A stretch of 63,280 bases of DNA, the filler included, from Octopus bimaculoides (lineage: Eukaryota), in assembly GCF_001194135.2 (NCBI RefSeq). It is 5 parts of 5 records of this genome, joined end to end, with 100 filler letters (N's around TTAATTAATTAA, not from the genome) between each part and the next. Parts side by side here need not be neighbours in the genome. Positions count along the whole stretch, not along the records: positions 1 to 15,529 come from NC_069003.1; 4 more parts are not named here. One strand, given 5' to 3'. The notes under the pieces were generated by a model. That model was not told where the DNA came from. It saw only the letters and a program-made list of their open reading frames with translations, and ran no database searches. Positions 1 through 13,545 of this stretch are shown in pieces (position 1 is the stretch's first letter; each line of letters opens with the position of its first letter). Position numbers and translations under genes: made by a program.

Positions 1-47
<47 letters not shown>
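1..47. repeat. (TA)n microsatellite
   Basis: Pure TA dinucleotide run at the window start. Confidence 0.97.
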
Positions 48-51
<4 letters not shown>

Positions 52-344
52 ATATGTGTGTATATATGTACCTGTATGTTTGTATATTCATAAAAATCTG
101 TATGTGTATATAAATGTGTATATACTTGCGTGTGTTTGTCTTTTTGTAGGTGTGTCTGCGTTTCTACATTTGAATAGATATAGATGTAGATATATTCACA
201 TATATGTACGTACACACACAAACACACACGCTCAGTATTTCTGACATTTTCATTCCTAAATTAGATTTCAAAAATTGAACCTGAAGACAAGAAAGAGAAA
301 GAAATTAAATATGATAAATGTATCTTTTTTTCCTTTTTTTTTTC

Positions 345-563
345 TTCATTCGTCATCATCACCATCACCACTACCACAACCATCAACCTCATTACCCCCA
401 CCATCCCACTCATTTCCCATCAACACTTCCGCCACCGTCATCACAGTAATCTTCATCATCATCATCATCATCATCGTTATTATTATCATCACCACCACCA
501 TTATCATTATTATTGTTATTATTATTATTATAACTATCGTCATCATTATCATTATCATCACCA

Positions 564-594
<31 letters not shown>

Positions 595-800
595 TATTAT
601 TATTACTATTATTATTATTAATATTATTATTATTACTATTATTATTATTAATATTATTATTATTATTATTATTATCATTATTATTATTATTACTATCATC
701 AACAATATCATCATCATAATCATTATTATTAACATTATTATCATCATCATCATTATTATTATTATTATTATTATTATCGTTATTATTATTATCATTCCTT
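345..800. repeat. Compound (ATC)n/(ATT)n trinucleotide microsatellite
   Basis: Long imperfect ATT/ATC/ACC runs; the poly-Ile and poly-Asn ORFs here are translation artefacts. Confidence 0.95.
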
Positions 801-1179
801 GCTTCCACCGCCAGTGTTCTTCTTGTTGTTATTGCTGCCGTTGTTATTTGATTTTATATCTTAATTGATTTTCACGAGACTTCCTCCAACAAGATTAGTT
901 TCCACAACCTGGTTGTATTTCATCTTCCTACTTTTATTGTTGCCAATGAAATCCAACCAAATTCCCAACAGTTCTTGAAGCACTGCAAATACCAAAAGTC
1001 AAAGCAAAATGTTAATCTAAACCTGTTTGTCTCTGTGTCTTGTCTTCTGTTTTTTTCATTATTATTATTATTATTATTTATTTTTTTTTTTTTGCTTTTC
1101 ATTTCATTTCGTTTCGTTGCTTCCCTCGTCTTTTCTTTTCTTTTCTTTTCTTCTGTTATAAGCTTTAGATTGACACGAG

Positions 1180-1710
1180 TATTACTTGTTCTACTACCAC
1201 CGTCGCTGCCGTCGCCAATACTACATTGCAACATACAGCACCCTTACCACCACTACCACCGCCACCCATAGCACCACTACCAAAACTGTAACTGACTCCA
1301 CCATTGCCACCTCCGCCGCCAACATCACTGTTATAACCAACACCACTGCCACTACGACCAACACTGCCACCACTACAACCAACACTGCCACCACTACTAT
1401 CAACACTGCCGCCACCATTGCCAACACTGCAACCAAAACCACAATTGCCACCTCCAACACCAACGCCACCACCACTACAACCAACACCACCACCACAACA
1501 ATGCCACCACCAACACAACAGTCAGTGCTACCATTGCCACTACTAGCATCACAACCAACACCAGCATCACCACTGCCACCAATACTCCACCGCTATAACC
1601 AACACCTCCACTACTACAACCAGCATCACAACCAATACCATCAGTGTTGCCTCCTCCACCAAAACTACCATTGCTACCACCATTGCAACCACCACCACCA
1701 CTACTACAAA
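1180..1710. repeat. Degenerate (ACC/ACT/GCC)n low-complexity tract
   Basis: Imperfect trinucleotide periodicity (accaccact, aacactgcc); gives Thr-rich/Val-rich pseudo-ORFs. Confidence 0.85.
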
Positions 1711-1979
1711 CGACGGCTAATTGTAGTATTTTAGAGTTGAAACGCTGTTTGATTTCTTCTCTTGAGCATTGACTGTTCACCATCCCACTTCCATTGCACA
1801 CACACACACACAAACATTCACATACCTCCCTTTTACATACACACACATATACTCACACAGAATTGAAACACTCCCACTACCAGTTTGCCATCACCCCATC
1901 CTTCCTTATTTATCCACCACCCCCTTCCTTTCTCATTCATATGTTGTGACGGAGAAAAACACAAGAGCATTATTATAGT

Positions 1980-2230
1980 AGATGGGCTTGTTTCAGTTTC
2001 TGTCTGCCAAATCCACTCTCAAGGCTCTGGTCAGCTCAGAGACACTTGCCCCAAGACACCATGTAGTGGGACCGAACCTAAAACCATGTGGTCGGGAAGC
2101 AAGCTTCTTACCACACATCCGCTCCCGTGTATGCACAAAACAAAAACACCTCCCCCAAGATACCAACCACACAGTGGGACTGAACCTGAGACCACATAGT
2201 TGCAAAGCAAGTTTCTTACTTAATCACACA
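1980..2230 (-). mobile_element. tRNA-derived SINE type A, head fragments (partly duplicated)
   Basis: Reverse complement of the type A head (cttcagtttc..caaatccactc..cttgcccaag..cagtgggactgaacc..accatgtgg) shared with many copies in the window. Confidence 0.8.
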
Positions 2231-3619
2231 GCCATTCTGTTTGTTAGTTTCTTGTTTTTGGGCCCCTTTTCGTTGTAGTAGTTTTAATATCTCCGCCTAC
2301 ATTTTATCTTAAATTTCCCCCTTTGTAATCTCGTTATATCCCCCCCTCCCTCACCCGATTGCACATTCGTTTGCAATTTAAGAAAAACATTCAAAAACAC
2401 ACCTAAAACACAAATAAACATGTACATACACAGCTGACAGCTTTATTTTTCTAAGACTAATGTTCGCAGCGTTGTCTTAACGGCGTAAGAATTGTCTATG
2501 ATATATTTAAGTATACAGTGCCGAAGCGGTGAAATTAGTAACTTATCTGTCGGAAGATAGTGTATATAGTAAACTCACAGAGCTATAAGACAAAAAGAAA
2601 CTGTAAAACGATAATACCCAGCTTCCAAAACGAATAAATAAATAGATAATAAGTAGAAGTTATAAAGAAAAGAAAATAAAAAAGCAATTTTTATCTGCTG
2701 CAACATTTTATTCAATATTTTTAACCAGCTACCATTAATATTCGGTTGTGTTTTTATTGAAAACCAGCCAAAAAAAGCAGTCTCTTTTTTCCTCTTTGCT
2801 TTTCGACGATTCTACTCGTCATTTTCAGTCCCATTGATAAACTATCTCTTTAATGCTCTCTCCATTTTACATTTCTAAACATGCAGTTTTTTGTTGTCGA
2901 TAGAAGCGGGGTGTCTTGTTTTCTGGTGGCGGCAGGGAGATGTGGGTGCGGGGCGGGGCTGGAGGTGTTTTTTCATTTTCTTCTTTTTCTCTTTTTTTTT
3001 TTTTTCACACGAAAATTCTCAGAGATTCTCTACTACCAAACCGCAACTAGTTCATTCTTTGAAGTACAATAGCACAAAAATGCAAAACAAAATAAAATAA
3101 AACAAAANNNNNNNNNNNNNNNNNNNNNNNNNNNNNNNNNNNNNNNNNNNNNNNNNNNNNNNNNNNNNNNNNNNNNNNNNNNNNNNNNNNNNNNNNNNNN
3201 NNNNNNNNNNNNNNNNNNNNNNNNNNNNNNNNNNNNNNNNNNNNNNNNNNNNNNNNNNNNNNNNNNNNNNNNNNNNNNNNNNNNNNNNNNNNNNNNNNNN
3301 NNNNNNNNNNNNNNNNNNNNNNNNNNNNNNNNNNNNNNNNNNNNNNNNNNNNNNNNNNNNNNNNNNNNNNNNNNNNNNNNNNNNNNNNNNNNNNNNNNNN
3401 NNNNNNNNNNNNNNNNNNNNNNNNNNNNNNNNNNNNNNNNNNNNNNNNNNNNNNNNNNNNNNNNNNNNNNNNNNNNNNNNNNNNNNNNNNNNNNNNNNNN
3501 NNNNNNNNNNNNNNNNNNNNNNNNNNTTTGCATTTTTTTTTGCTTTTTTTTTTGCAAGTTATATATGAATGCATACATATGCATTTCTTCATCATCATCA
3601 TTTACTGTCCAGGTTCTAT

Positions 3620-3818
3620 CGACTGGCCTTCGTGCCGGTGGCGCATAAAAGCACCCACTACACTCTCGGAGTGGTTGGCGTTAGGAAGGGCATCCAGCCG
3701 TAGAAACTCTGCCAAATCAGATTGAAGCCTGGTGTAGCCATCTGGCTCACCAGTCCTCAATCAAATCGTCCAACCCATGCTAGCATGGAAAGCGGACGTT
3801 AAACGACGATGATGATGA
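3620..3818 (+). mobile_element. SINE type C / RTE-like 3' tail ending in (GAT)n
   Basis: gttggcgttaggaagggcatccagc...acccatgctagcatggaaagcggacgttaaacga(tga)n; near-identical to 8900-9081. Confidence 0.8.
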
Positions 3819-3820
3819 CA

Positions 3821-4103
3821 CAGGGTGTGGTGAATAAACTGTCAATCTAAATTACAAAAAGATGAAAATAAGACTGACGTTTCATTTTAACAGATATATT
3901 TACCAAAATTACATAAAAAATATTTTGAACTACTAAAGAGTAAATTTATTCAATAAAATCGTTGGCTTCAACCATGGCCTCCAGACGACTTTGGAATCTC
4001 CTGCAACTCTTCTGGACAGTCTCCCTGTTTAAGTTGGTGAATGCTGCCATAATCTTTGCCTTCAGTTCATTGCTGGTGTTACAAGGAGTTTTTTTGGTCT
4101 CTC
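3821..4103 (-). mobile_element. Tc1/mariner (maT/DD37D-like) transposon 3' end remnant
   Basis: Minus strand reads ETKKTPCNTSNELKAKIMAAFTNLNRETVQ-(frameshift)-RRFQSRLEAMVEAN, typical of the C-terminus of this group, followed by a CAGGGTG-type terminus at 3821. Confidence 0.7.
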
Positions 4104-4985
4104 ACCCAATAATAGGAGTGAAACCAAAACCACCTGGTCAGTGAAGAGAGCTACTTAACCACACATACATCTATCTAACTGTTCATTTTGTAAAAAAAAT
4201 TATTTTTTATTTTTTCAGAAGATATTAGCATACCACATGAGGGACATTTAGCTACAACTTTTAGCAGGTAGTATCTCCCACACTTTTTAGCACAAGGCAT
4301 TTTTCACATTTGTTGATAATATAGCATACAGCAAGCAAGCACTTAGTTGTGTTTTGCCCAACTGATGTGACGTATTCCCAAAGATTACCAAATTATGTTC
4401 CTCTTCTTCATCTAATGACAAATAGCTTTTAATTACATTCCATTTCTTTGCATAATAATGCCAAATATCTTTGTTTACCGACTGTGTTTTTTTTTTTTTT
4501 TNNNNNNNNNNNNNNNNNNNNNNNNNNNNNNNNNNNNNNNNNNNNNNNNNNNNNNNNNNNNNNNNNNNNNNNNNNNNNNNNNNNNNNNNNNNNNNNNNNN
4601 NNNNNNNNNNNNNNNNNNNNNNNNNNNNNNNNNNNNNNNNNNNNNNNNNNNNNNNNNNNNNNNNNNNNNNNNNNNNNNNNNNNNNNNNNNNNNNNNNNNN
4701 NNNNNNNNNNNNNNNNNNNNNNNNNNNNNNNNNNNNNNNNNNNNNNNNNNNNNNNNNNNNNNNNNNNNNNNNNNNNNNNNNNNNNNNNNNNNNNNNNNNN
4801 NNNNNNNNNNNNNNNNNNNNNNNNNNNNNNNNNNNNNNNNNNNNNNNNNNNNNNNNNNNNNNNNNNNNNNNNNNNNNNNNNNNNNNNNNNNNNNNNNNNN
4901 NNNNNNNNNNNNNNNNNNNNNNNNNNNNNNNNNNNNNNNNNNNNNNNNNNNNNNNNNNNNNNNNNNNNNNNNNNNNNNNNNNNNN

Positions 4986-5025
<40 letters not shown>

Positions 5026-5229
5026 TTTTGGTCTTCAATGAAATTAGGTTTTTGACATTTTCCGCAAGTGTATAATTCCTTTGCTCTTATAATGTTATCT
5101 TCTTGTGGTCTTGTTTTCGCATTTCATATACGTTTGCGTGTGTGTGTATGTTTCTGAATATGTATGTATACACACACACACACACATACACACACACACA
5201 CATATATACACGTACATATAAATATACAT

Positions 5230-5265
<36 letters not shown>

Positions 5266-5299
5266 GACATACACACACACATACATGTCAACACACCCT

Positions 5300-5359
<60 letters not shown>

Positions 5360-5859
5360 TAAGTATCATCTTCTAACCATTAATTTCTTCTCTTGTCTCT
5401 TGTGTTATTTCGTAAATGATAATCTGTAGAGGGGTTTCAAATACTGCTTAGGATTTCTTTGTTTGTTTGTTTGTTTTTTAGCCTTATCTGAATATTCCTT
5501 TAAATGGTTTTCAATTCCAGTCTTCAGATTTTATTGACTTATTTATATCTACTTTTCGGCAATTGGAGAGACCATACAACCACTGCTTCTTCTCACGACA
5601 TGCTTGCACACATGTGACAGAAAACTGCGATTAATTGTTCCATACCGATATAGGAAATGGCACCTGAAAATGTCCACAAGGTGCTATTATATCTCACCAC
5701 AAGAAGTGGCATTCACTGATACCAAAACCATTTTACGATGCTACCAGTAGGACAGAATTGTCCTGGTGACCATACCAAAGGGTCACCAGAAGAATGTATC
5801 CCACACTTTTAAATATAAAGGATACTGGTGGAATATTCTTTCGCACTTTTAGTTTCTTC

Positions 5860-6265
5860 AGTCATTTTGATGGTGGCCATGCTGGAGCTCTGCTTTGAAA
5901 GGTTTTAGTAGAACAAATCAACCCTAGGACTTGTTTCTTAAGCTTGGTACTTATTCTATTGGTCTCTTTTGCCGAACTGCTCAGTTACAGGGATGTAAAC
6001 ACACCAACACTGGCTGTCCAAACTGTTGAGTCACAGGGATGTAAACAAACCAGCACTGGTTATCATGTGGTCAAACACTAAATACACACACACACACATA
6101 CATACCCAATGAGTGGGCTTTCTCGCAGCCTCCAACAACCAAATTCACTTGCAAAGCAACGGTCAGCCCTCGGATTATGATAGAAGACACGCGCCGAGGG
6201 TGTGGTGCATTGGGACTGAACTCAAAACCACGTTGCTGCAAAAGTGAACTTCTTAACCACACAGC
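5860..6265 (-). mobile_element. SINE type A (degenerate, near full length)
   Basis: Tail (ggccatgctggagc..ggtacttattctat..gggatgtaaacacacc), internal (CA)n, and head (gggactgaactc..cttaaccacacagcca). Confidence 0.75.
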
Positions 6266-6424
6266 CATGTCTCCACCTATATCGACACATGCATATGATA
6301 ATGTATGCACATATGTCATGTGCATACATGGGCACATGTGTACGCACCCTTGCTTACTCATGAGCTGTGAAGAATTCTGAGAATGCAAGTATATCCAAAA
6401 GACATACATACATACACTAAATCT

Positions 6425-6687
6425 CTCCCTCTCTGTTCTCTCCCTCTCTGTTCTCTCTCTCTGCTGTCTTTCTTTGCTGTCTCTCTCTGCTGTCTCTCTC
6501 TGCTCTCTCTATCTCTCTGCTGTCTCTGTCTCTCTCTGCTCTCTCTATCTCTCTGCTGTCTCTGTCTCTCTCTGCTCTCTCTCTCTCTCTCTGCTCTCTA
6601 TCTCTCTCTGCTCTCTCTCTCTGCTCTCTATCTCTCTGCTCTCTATCTCTCTCTGCTGTCTCTGTCTGCTCTCTATCTCTCTCTCTG

Positions 6688-6728
<41 letters not shown>

Positions 6729-7007
6729 GTCTCTCTCTCTCTCTCTCTCTCTACTGTCTCTCTCTCTCTACTGTCTCTCTCTCTNNNNNNNNNNNNNNNN
6801 NNNNNNNNNNNNNNNNNNNNNNNNNNNNNNNNNNNNNNNTCTCTCTCGCTCTCTCTCTCTCTCTCTGCTGTCTCTCTCTCTCTGCTGTCTCTCTCTGCTC
6901 TCTATCTCTCTCTCTGCTGTCTCTCTCTGCTCTCTATCTCTCTCTCTGCTGTCTCTCTCTGCTCTCTATCTTTCTCTCTGCTGTCTCTCTCTACTCTGTC
7001 TCTCTCT

Positions 7008-7067
<60 letters not shown>

Positions 7068-7207
7068 ACTCCCTCTTTCTCTGCTCTCACCACTTCCTCA
7101 TCTCTCTGCTTTCTCTCGCTATGTTTCCTCTCCCTCCCCTTCCTCTCGCTCTGCTTCCCCTTTCTCTCTCTACTTCCTCTACCTCTTTCTGTCTTTCTCT
7201 CTCTCTC

Positions 7208-7261
<54 letters not shown>

Positions 7262-7340
7262 ATATATAGATATCCCTCTCTCTGTCTGTCTATCTGTCTC
7301 TATCTGTCTCTCTTTCTCTCTCTGTCTGTCTCTTTCTCTT

Positions 7341-7380
<40 letters not shown>
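6425..7380. repeat. Compound (CT)n/(TCTCTG)n/(TG)n microsatellite
   Basis: Direct inspection; the LS-rich ORFs are artefacts. Confidence 0.95.
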
Positions 7381-7387
<7 letters not shown>

Positions 7388-7500
7388 TACCTACAGCTGT
7401 CCTGACTTAAAACAAGCAGAGGAAAAACAAAAAATTCTTAACCATTTTGTTGGTGACCAGCTTCAAGTCTGCAGAAAGAACTACTGAAATAAACAGCCAA

Positions 7501-7546
<46 letters not shown>

Positions 7547-7669
7547 CTAATCATAGACATTGCTAATTAGAAAATTAGAAATGCAAGTCATTAATTAGAA
7601 GTGTGAAAAATACGTGTCAAATATTGCAGAAATTTATTCTGTGGCATTCTTCTATTCTTCTATTCTCTT

Positions 7670-7880
7670 ACTGGTCTCAGTCATCCTGGAGCACTGCATT
7701 GGCACCAGGACTCATTTCTTATGCCTAGTACTTATTCTATGCATATCTTTTGCCAAACCACTAAGATATGGGGACATAAACACACCAACACCGGCTGTCA
7801 AGCAATAATGGTAGAGGCAAACACACACACATAGACGTATGCATATATATAGATATATACGACGGGCTTCTTTCAGTTTC
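7670..7880 (-). mobile_element. SINE type A tail plus internal microsatellite
   Basis: gcctagtacttattctat..ggggacataaacacacca..gacgggcttctttcagtttc matches other copies. Confidence 0.75.
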
Positions 7881-7899
7881 ACGCTCATATGGTGCTATT

Positions 7900-8185
7900 T
7901 ATGTGCCACTTGCACGGAAGCCAGGCAGCTGCTCCGGCAACGATCACACTCGGGCGGTACTGTTAGCACTCCACTGGTACAGGTGCCATCACGACGCTGA
8001 CGATACCCAGAAACTTGAGTCCGTGCGTATCACGTCAGATCGACGATGGGAAGGATGGCTTCCCTTTGCAAATACCGACAGGGCACAGAAAGTGTGTCAA
8101 TAGCCAGCTGGAGGAGATGTTCTCCTGGGGCTAAAAGCAACAGTAACATTCACCCTTAGGGTTTAACCGCATTTAAGTGGCAAAT
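7900..8185 (+). repeat. Diverged relative of the 30.4-30.9 kb fold-back element, ending in (TA)n
   Basis: gcaaatac..gcacagaaagtgtgtc..tagccagctggaggagatgttctcctgggg..ggcaaatata..cg(TA)n parallels 30732-30863. Confidence 0.5.
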
Positions 8186-8195
8186 ATACTTCACG

Positions 8196-8265
<70 letters not shown>

Positions 8266-8299
8266 GAGAGAGACACACATATATATATATATACATGTA

Positions 8300-8337
<38 letters not shown>

Positions 8338-8811
8338 NNNNNNNNNNNNNNNNNNNNNNNNNNNNNNNNNNNNNNNNNNNNNNNNNNNNNNNNNNNNNNN
8401 NNNNNNNNNNNNNNNNNNNNNNNNNNNNNNNNNNNNNNNNNNNNNNNNNNNNNNNNNNNNNNNNNNNNNNNNNNNNNNNNNNNNNNNNNNNNNNNNNNNN
8501 NNNNNNNNNNNNNNNNNNNNNNNNNNNNNNNNNNNNNNNNNNNNNNNNNNNNNNNNNNNNNNNNNNNNNNNNNNNNNNNNNNNNNNNNNNNNNNNNNNNN
8601 NNNNNNNNNNNNNNNNNNNNNNNNNNNNNNNNNNNNNNNNNNNNNNNNNNNNNNNNNNNNNNNNNNNNNNNNNNNNNNNNNNNNNNNNNNNNNNNNNNNN
8701 NNNNNNNNNNNNNNNNNNNNNNNNNNNNNNNNNNNNNNNNNNNNNNNNNNNNNNNNNNNNNNNNNNNNNNNNNNNNNNNNNNNNNNNNNNNNNNNNNNNN
8801 NNNNNNNNNNN

Positions 8812-9081
8812 GAGATCGTTGCCAGTGCCCCTGGACTGGCTTGTGCGGGTGGCACATAAAAGACACCATTTCGAGCGTGGCCGTTTTCGTGCGGGTGACA
8901 CGTAAAAGCACCCACTACACTCTCTGAGTGGTTGGCGTTAGGAAGGGCATCCAGCTGTAGAAACTCTGCCAAATCAGACTGGAGCCTGGTGTTGCCATCC
9001 GGTTTCACCAGTCCTCAGTCAAATCGTCCAACCCATGCTAGCATGGAAAGCGGACGTTAAACGATGATGATGATGATGATG
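8812..9081 (+). mobile_element. SINE type C / RTE-like tail with (GAT)n
   Basis: Near-identical to 3620-3818 but with two copies of the GGTG(G/A)CACNTAAAAG(A)CACC unit. Confidence 0.8.
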
Positions 9082-9131
<50 letters not shown>

Positions 9132-10624
9132 GCGCACACATACATATACATCCACATATATACATGTACCTGATAGCTTTTACTCTGTCTATGCAAAATG
9201 AGATAATTTGTCAAATAACATTATGTTAAACTAAACTTTGGGAAATAAAGATTTTTAAAAAAAGCAAAATCTTTTTTTTGAGTTCCATTGGAGACAAATT
9301 AAATACTTTTAAATATCATTGCCCTATATTCTGTGGGTTGAGTTTTGCAACTGCTCACCTTTCTGAATAAACGGTACTTCCTGGCTGAAAGAGCAAAGTG
9401 TCCCTGGAAGAATAACTTCTGACAAAACATCTCTCCTTACTTCCTCATTCCTCTTGATTCAGTTCCCTTTTTTCCTCTCTCCCCTACTGCTTCTGCCAGG
9501 GTAAGGTAGCCAGGCAGATCGTAAATTAATGGGACTATCATAGAGTGTCTGGTGTTATCTGTAGTCATTAATGGACAGCTCCTATCCTGTGTTTTGATCG
9601 ACCTTGACCTTGCTGGCCCCGACCTTACCGACCCCTACTTTGTTTTGTGTTTGTCATTGTTCATCATCATCATCATCATCATTATCGTTGTAGTCATCAT
9701 TTATAAGCAATTGCTCCCAGGGTTGATTTTTTTTACTAAAAAACCCTTTAAGGCAGAGCTCCAGCACGGCCATGGTCAAAATTACTGAATCAAGTATAAA
9801 GAAAAGAGTAAGAGAACATGTAATGATTTTTTTGGAATACGTCGTCTTCTGAAAGGATCTGGTTTACTAAGCTAACAATAGAAAAGAAAGAAAGAAAGAA
9901 AGAAAGAAAGAAGGAAAGAATAAAGTAGTTTCGGTGAAGCATTGTGTGATAATAGCCTTTATTCCATCTCACTTTTCTGCACGTGTTTTGATGAGGAGGC
10001 CCTCACCCAAAATATCGAAATATGTGGTAAAACTTCAACTGTTCTGTCTCTTTGCTTATTTACTTCAAAGAATTCAGATGGAATTTTATGATTATTGCAG
10101 TATTTTGTGTGTGATGAATTTTTTTTTTCTTTTTTTTTACTTGTTTCAGTCATTTGACTGCAGCCATGCTGGAGCACCACCTTTAGTTGAGTAAATCGAC
10201 CCCAGGACTCATTCTGAATTGTAAATTTTCTTCATCTAAGGAAAGCAAAACAGCAGCAAGTAGATTAAATCTATCGTTTACTGTAGCATGGTCGCCATTG
10301 AAGGACATAGATATTCTCTTAGAGGATTTACAGGAAACACTTCTAGATTACTGGTGGGAAAAATCTGATGAAAATCCATAATTATTCTTCTGAAAAAAAA
10401 ACCCAAAAAAACCTTATTACATTATTCATCAAGTAATATTAATTAAAGCGATGAATAACGAATATAAGCCAGCTGATCGGCTGCAAAGCTGGGGTTTTTT
10501 TAATTTTTTTTATGTGCTAGAACCAGCAACTGGGATCCCTCTTACTCTCTGTCTCTTTTACTGACTGTTTTGGATAATATAAGACATTCCATCTAAAATG
10601 GTTCTGTCTTTCCTTCATCTTCTA

Positions 10625-10995
10625 CATTAGACTGTGGCCATGTTGGAGCACTGCCTCAAAGAACTTTTAGTCAAGCAGATTGAACCCAATACATATTTTT
10701 TCTGGTACTTATTCTATCGATATCTTTTGCTGAACTGCTAAATTATGGGGACATAAACACACCAACATTGGTTATCAAGAGGTGGTAGGAAACACACACA
10801 CATGTATATGTGTATACACACACACATACACACATGCACACACACACAATGGGCTTCTTTCAGTTTCTGTCTACTAAATCCACTGACAAGGCTTTGGTCA
10901 TCCAGGGCCCATAGTAGAAGAAATTTGCCCAAGGTGCCACATGGTGGGACTGAACTCGGAACCATGCAACCAGGAAGCAGACTTCTTACCACATA
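10625..10995 (-). mobile_element. SINE type A (full length, degenerate)
   Basis: Tail + (CA/TA)n + head with ggtgggactgaactcggaaccatg (B box on the minus strand). Confidence 0.78.
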
Positions 10996-11679
10996 GCTAG
11001 TCGTATTCATCTAGGATAGGTAATATAGTCTTGTGCTTCGAAGGCCAGGAAAAAGACTTGAAGGCCATGCATGGAATGCCTTTGCTTTGATCATAGGCAT
11101 GCTCAGTCAGAACTAACCTAGGGTCAAACTGCAACTGCTATTTAATGCTAATGTGTGTGATATAAGAAGACAGAATTTTTGTTGTTATTGTCATTATGTG
11201 TGTGTGTGTGTGTGTAGAGGCATTCATGGATACATGTGCTTGCTTCCATGTTACTTCATGCGTGCTTGTGTGTGTATATATATATATATGTGTGTGTGTA
11301 ATGATGTTAAAATTACGTACTCATTTGCATATTCATATTAGCACTAATAAATATTCATCAGCTCAAGTCCTTATTGCTGATGTTGTTTAACCCCAGGCCA
11401 TCACCGATCAACCTCGTCTATTTATGTTCAATAGCTTTCCAAGCATAGCCATTAAATTACCCAATATCTCTCCCCTCCCTCTCTCCCCTCTCCTCTCTCC
11501 CCTCTCCTCTTTCCCCTCTCCCTCTCTCTCTATTTATCTCTTTGTTGGTCTTTTTTTTTTTTGCTGTTATTATTCATTATCTGTTATGGAGTGGTGAAGG
11601 CGCATGGCTCAGTGGTTAGACTGTTGGACTCACAATCGTGTGTGTGTAGGCATGGATTATAGCCATACATGTGGCAGTG

Positions 11680-12110
11680 TAGTTCAGAAGTTTGCTTTCC
11701 AGCCTCATCATTACAGGTTCAGTCCCACGGTGTGGCACTTTGGGCAAGTGCCTTCTATTATAGCCCTGGCCCAACCAAAGCCATGTGAGGTGATTTGGTA
11801 GACAGAAAATAAAAGAAGTCCTTCATATATGTATGTATGTACATGTGTTTCTGTATATATGTGAGTGTATGTGTATGTATGGTGTATGTATTTCTCTGTC
11901 TTGACATCTCATGGTGGTTGTAAACAAGTGTCACTCACATACAAGCTGCATCGTTCATTTCCAATACTCTGCAAAAACATGTCTGGCCATTGGGGGAAAT
12001 ATTGCCTCACTTGGTAACAGGTAACAGCATTGGCCTCAGTGAATCCCACCTGACCCATCCAGGCATGGAAAAGTGGATAGTAACATAATAACATTGATGA
12101 TGATGATGAC
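11680..12110 (+). mobile_element. SINE type A head joined to an RTE-like tail ending in (TGA)n
   Basis: Head caggttcagtcccacggtgtggcactttgggcaagtg..gatttggtagacagaaa, microsatellite, then ..cccacctgacccatccaggcatggaaaagtgga..(tga)n. Confidence 0.65.
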
Positions 12111-12127
12111 ACCCCCCACCATATACA

Positions 12128-12178
<51 letters not shown>

Positions 12179-12262
12179 NNNNNNNNNNNNNNNNNNNNNN
12201 NNNNNNNNNNNNNNNNNNNNNNNNNNNNNNNNNNNNNNNNNNNNNNNNNNTATGTATATATC

Positions 12263-12612
12263 CTTTCACTTGTTTCAGTCATTTGACTGCAGCACCGCCT
12301 TTAGTTGAGCAAATTGACCTCAGGACTTATTCTTTGTAAGCCTAGTACTTATTCTATCTCTTTTGCTGAACCGCTAAGTTACGGGGACATAAACACACCA
12401 GCATAGGTTGTCAAGCAGTGTTGGGGGGACAAACACAGACACATAAACACACACACATATATATACATATATACGACGGGCTTCTTTCAGTTTCCGTCTA
12501 CCAAATCCACTCACAAGGCTTTGATCGGCCCGAGGCTATAGTAGAAGACACTTGCCCAAGGTGCCAAGCAGTGGGACTGAACCCGGAACCATGTGGTTGG
12601 TAAGCAAGCTAC
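12263..12612 (-). mobile_element. SINE type A (near full length, well preserved)
   Basis: On the minus strand: B-box-like GGTTCAGTCCC, body, internal (TA/TG)n, and tail ending ..gactgaaacaagtgaaag. Confidence 0.85.
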
Positions 12613-13299
12613 ATTTACATATCCTTTTTATGGTGATAAACACTTTTGTTTCTTGCTGTTTGTTTTCTCGGCGCCCACTGCCCACCCTGAGCCTTTCCAT
12701 ACTGCACGTGACTGCTATACATATGTGCGTTTGTTTGTGTAAAAATATATATATACACACAGAACAAGAGAGACAGACAGAAGGAAGGAAGAAAGCAAGG
12801 AAAGATGGAGTGGAAGTCTATGAGAATTGCATATTCAAGTATTGAAGACAATGGCAGAGATGTCGGAACCGTATTCGACAAGGTGTCAGAACCATTTTCC
12901 CTTCCTTTTTGTCTTCATTCTATTCATATCCTCGGTACTTTTGCTGTATCGAATATTAAAGATGTTTTTTTTTTTCTCATCCTCCAAAACAAACCCTCCC
13001 TTCCTCGCACCACACACAAGTAAAATTACAACAGCACCCCCCTCCCCAGCCTTTAATTCTTTTATGAATAATACAGTTCTCACCTCTCTACAAAATTTAC
13101 ATAGTGGAGTGACTTCACACTCAGAAACTTGTCAGATGTTTTTACATTGCTAAAACATCACGTCTCGTCTCCCTCTGTAAACTCGTTAATTACAAAAAAA
13201 AAACATTTTTAGTCCAGTTGTAGTTGCATGCACACATATACATATGTACACACACACAGTTACACACACACACACAGTTACACACACACACACACACAC

Positions 13300-13545
13300 A
13301 CACATTTTCATGGTGCTGGCATTGCTATGGGGTTAACAAGTTCACTTTCTGGTCATTTGATTTCTGGTTCACACACTCACACACACACACACACACACAC
13401 ACACATTCACATATATATGACCAAATCCACTGAAAGCTTTGGTCAGCCTGAGGCTATAATACAACACTTGCCCAAGGTGCTGCCACACAGTGGGACTGAA
13501 CCCAGAACCATGTGGTTGGGAAGTAAACTTCTTACCACATGGTCA
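13300..13545 (-). mobile_element. SINE type A head with microsatellite
   Basis: caaatccactgaaagctttggtcagcctgaggctata..cttgcccaaggtgctg..cagtgggactgaacccagaaccatgtgg. Confidence 0.75.

Noticed and set aside
275-1846. Long poly-Ile, poly-Asn and Thr-rich mucin-like ORFs
   Set aside because: They are translations of trinucleotide microsatellites, open on both strands, with no splice or domain support.
2925-2960. GC box (GGGGCGGGGC) as a promoter
   Set aside because: It is a single motif with no linked exon that I can support.
5763-5790. 9-bp stem hairpin CTGGTGACC..GGTCACCAG (similar GGTCACC/GGTGACC pair at about 16339)
   Set aside because: Short stems of this length occur by chance, and there is no supporting context.
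6383-7487. 340-aa Leu/Ser-rich ORFs
   Set aside because: They are translations of the (CT)n repeat plus an N gap.
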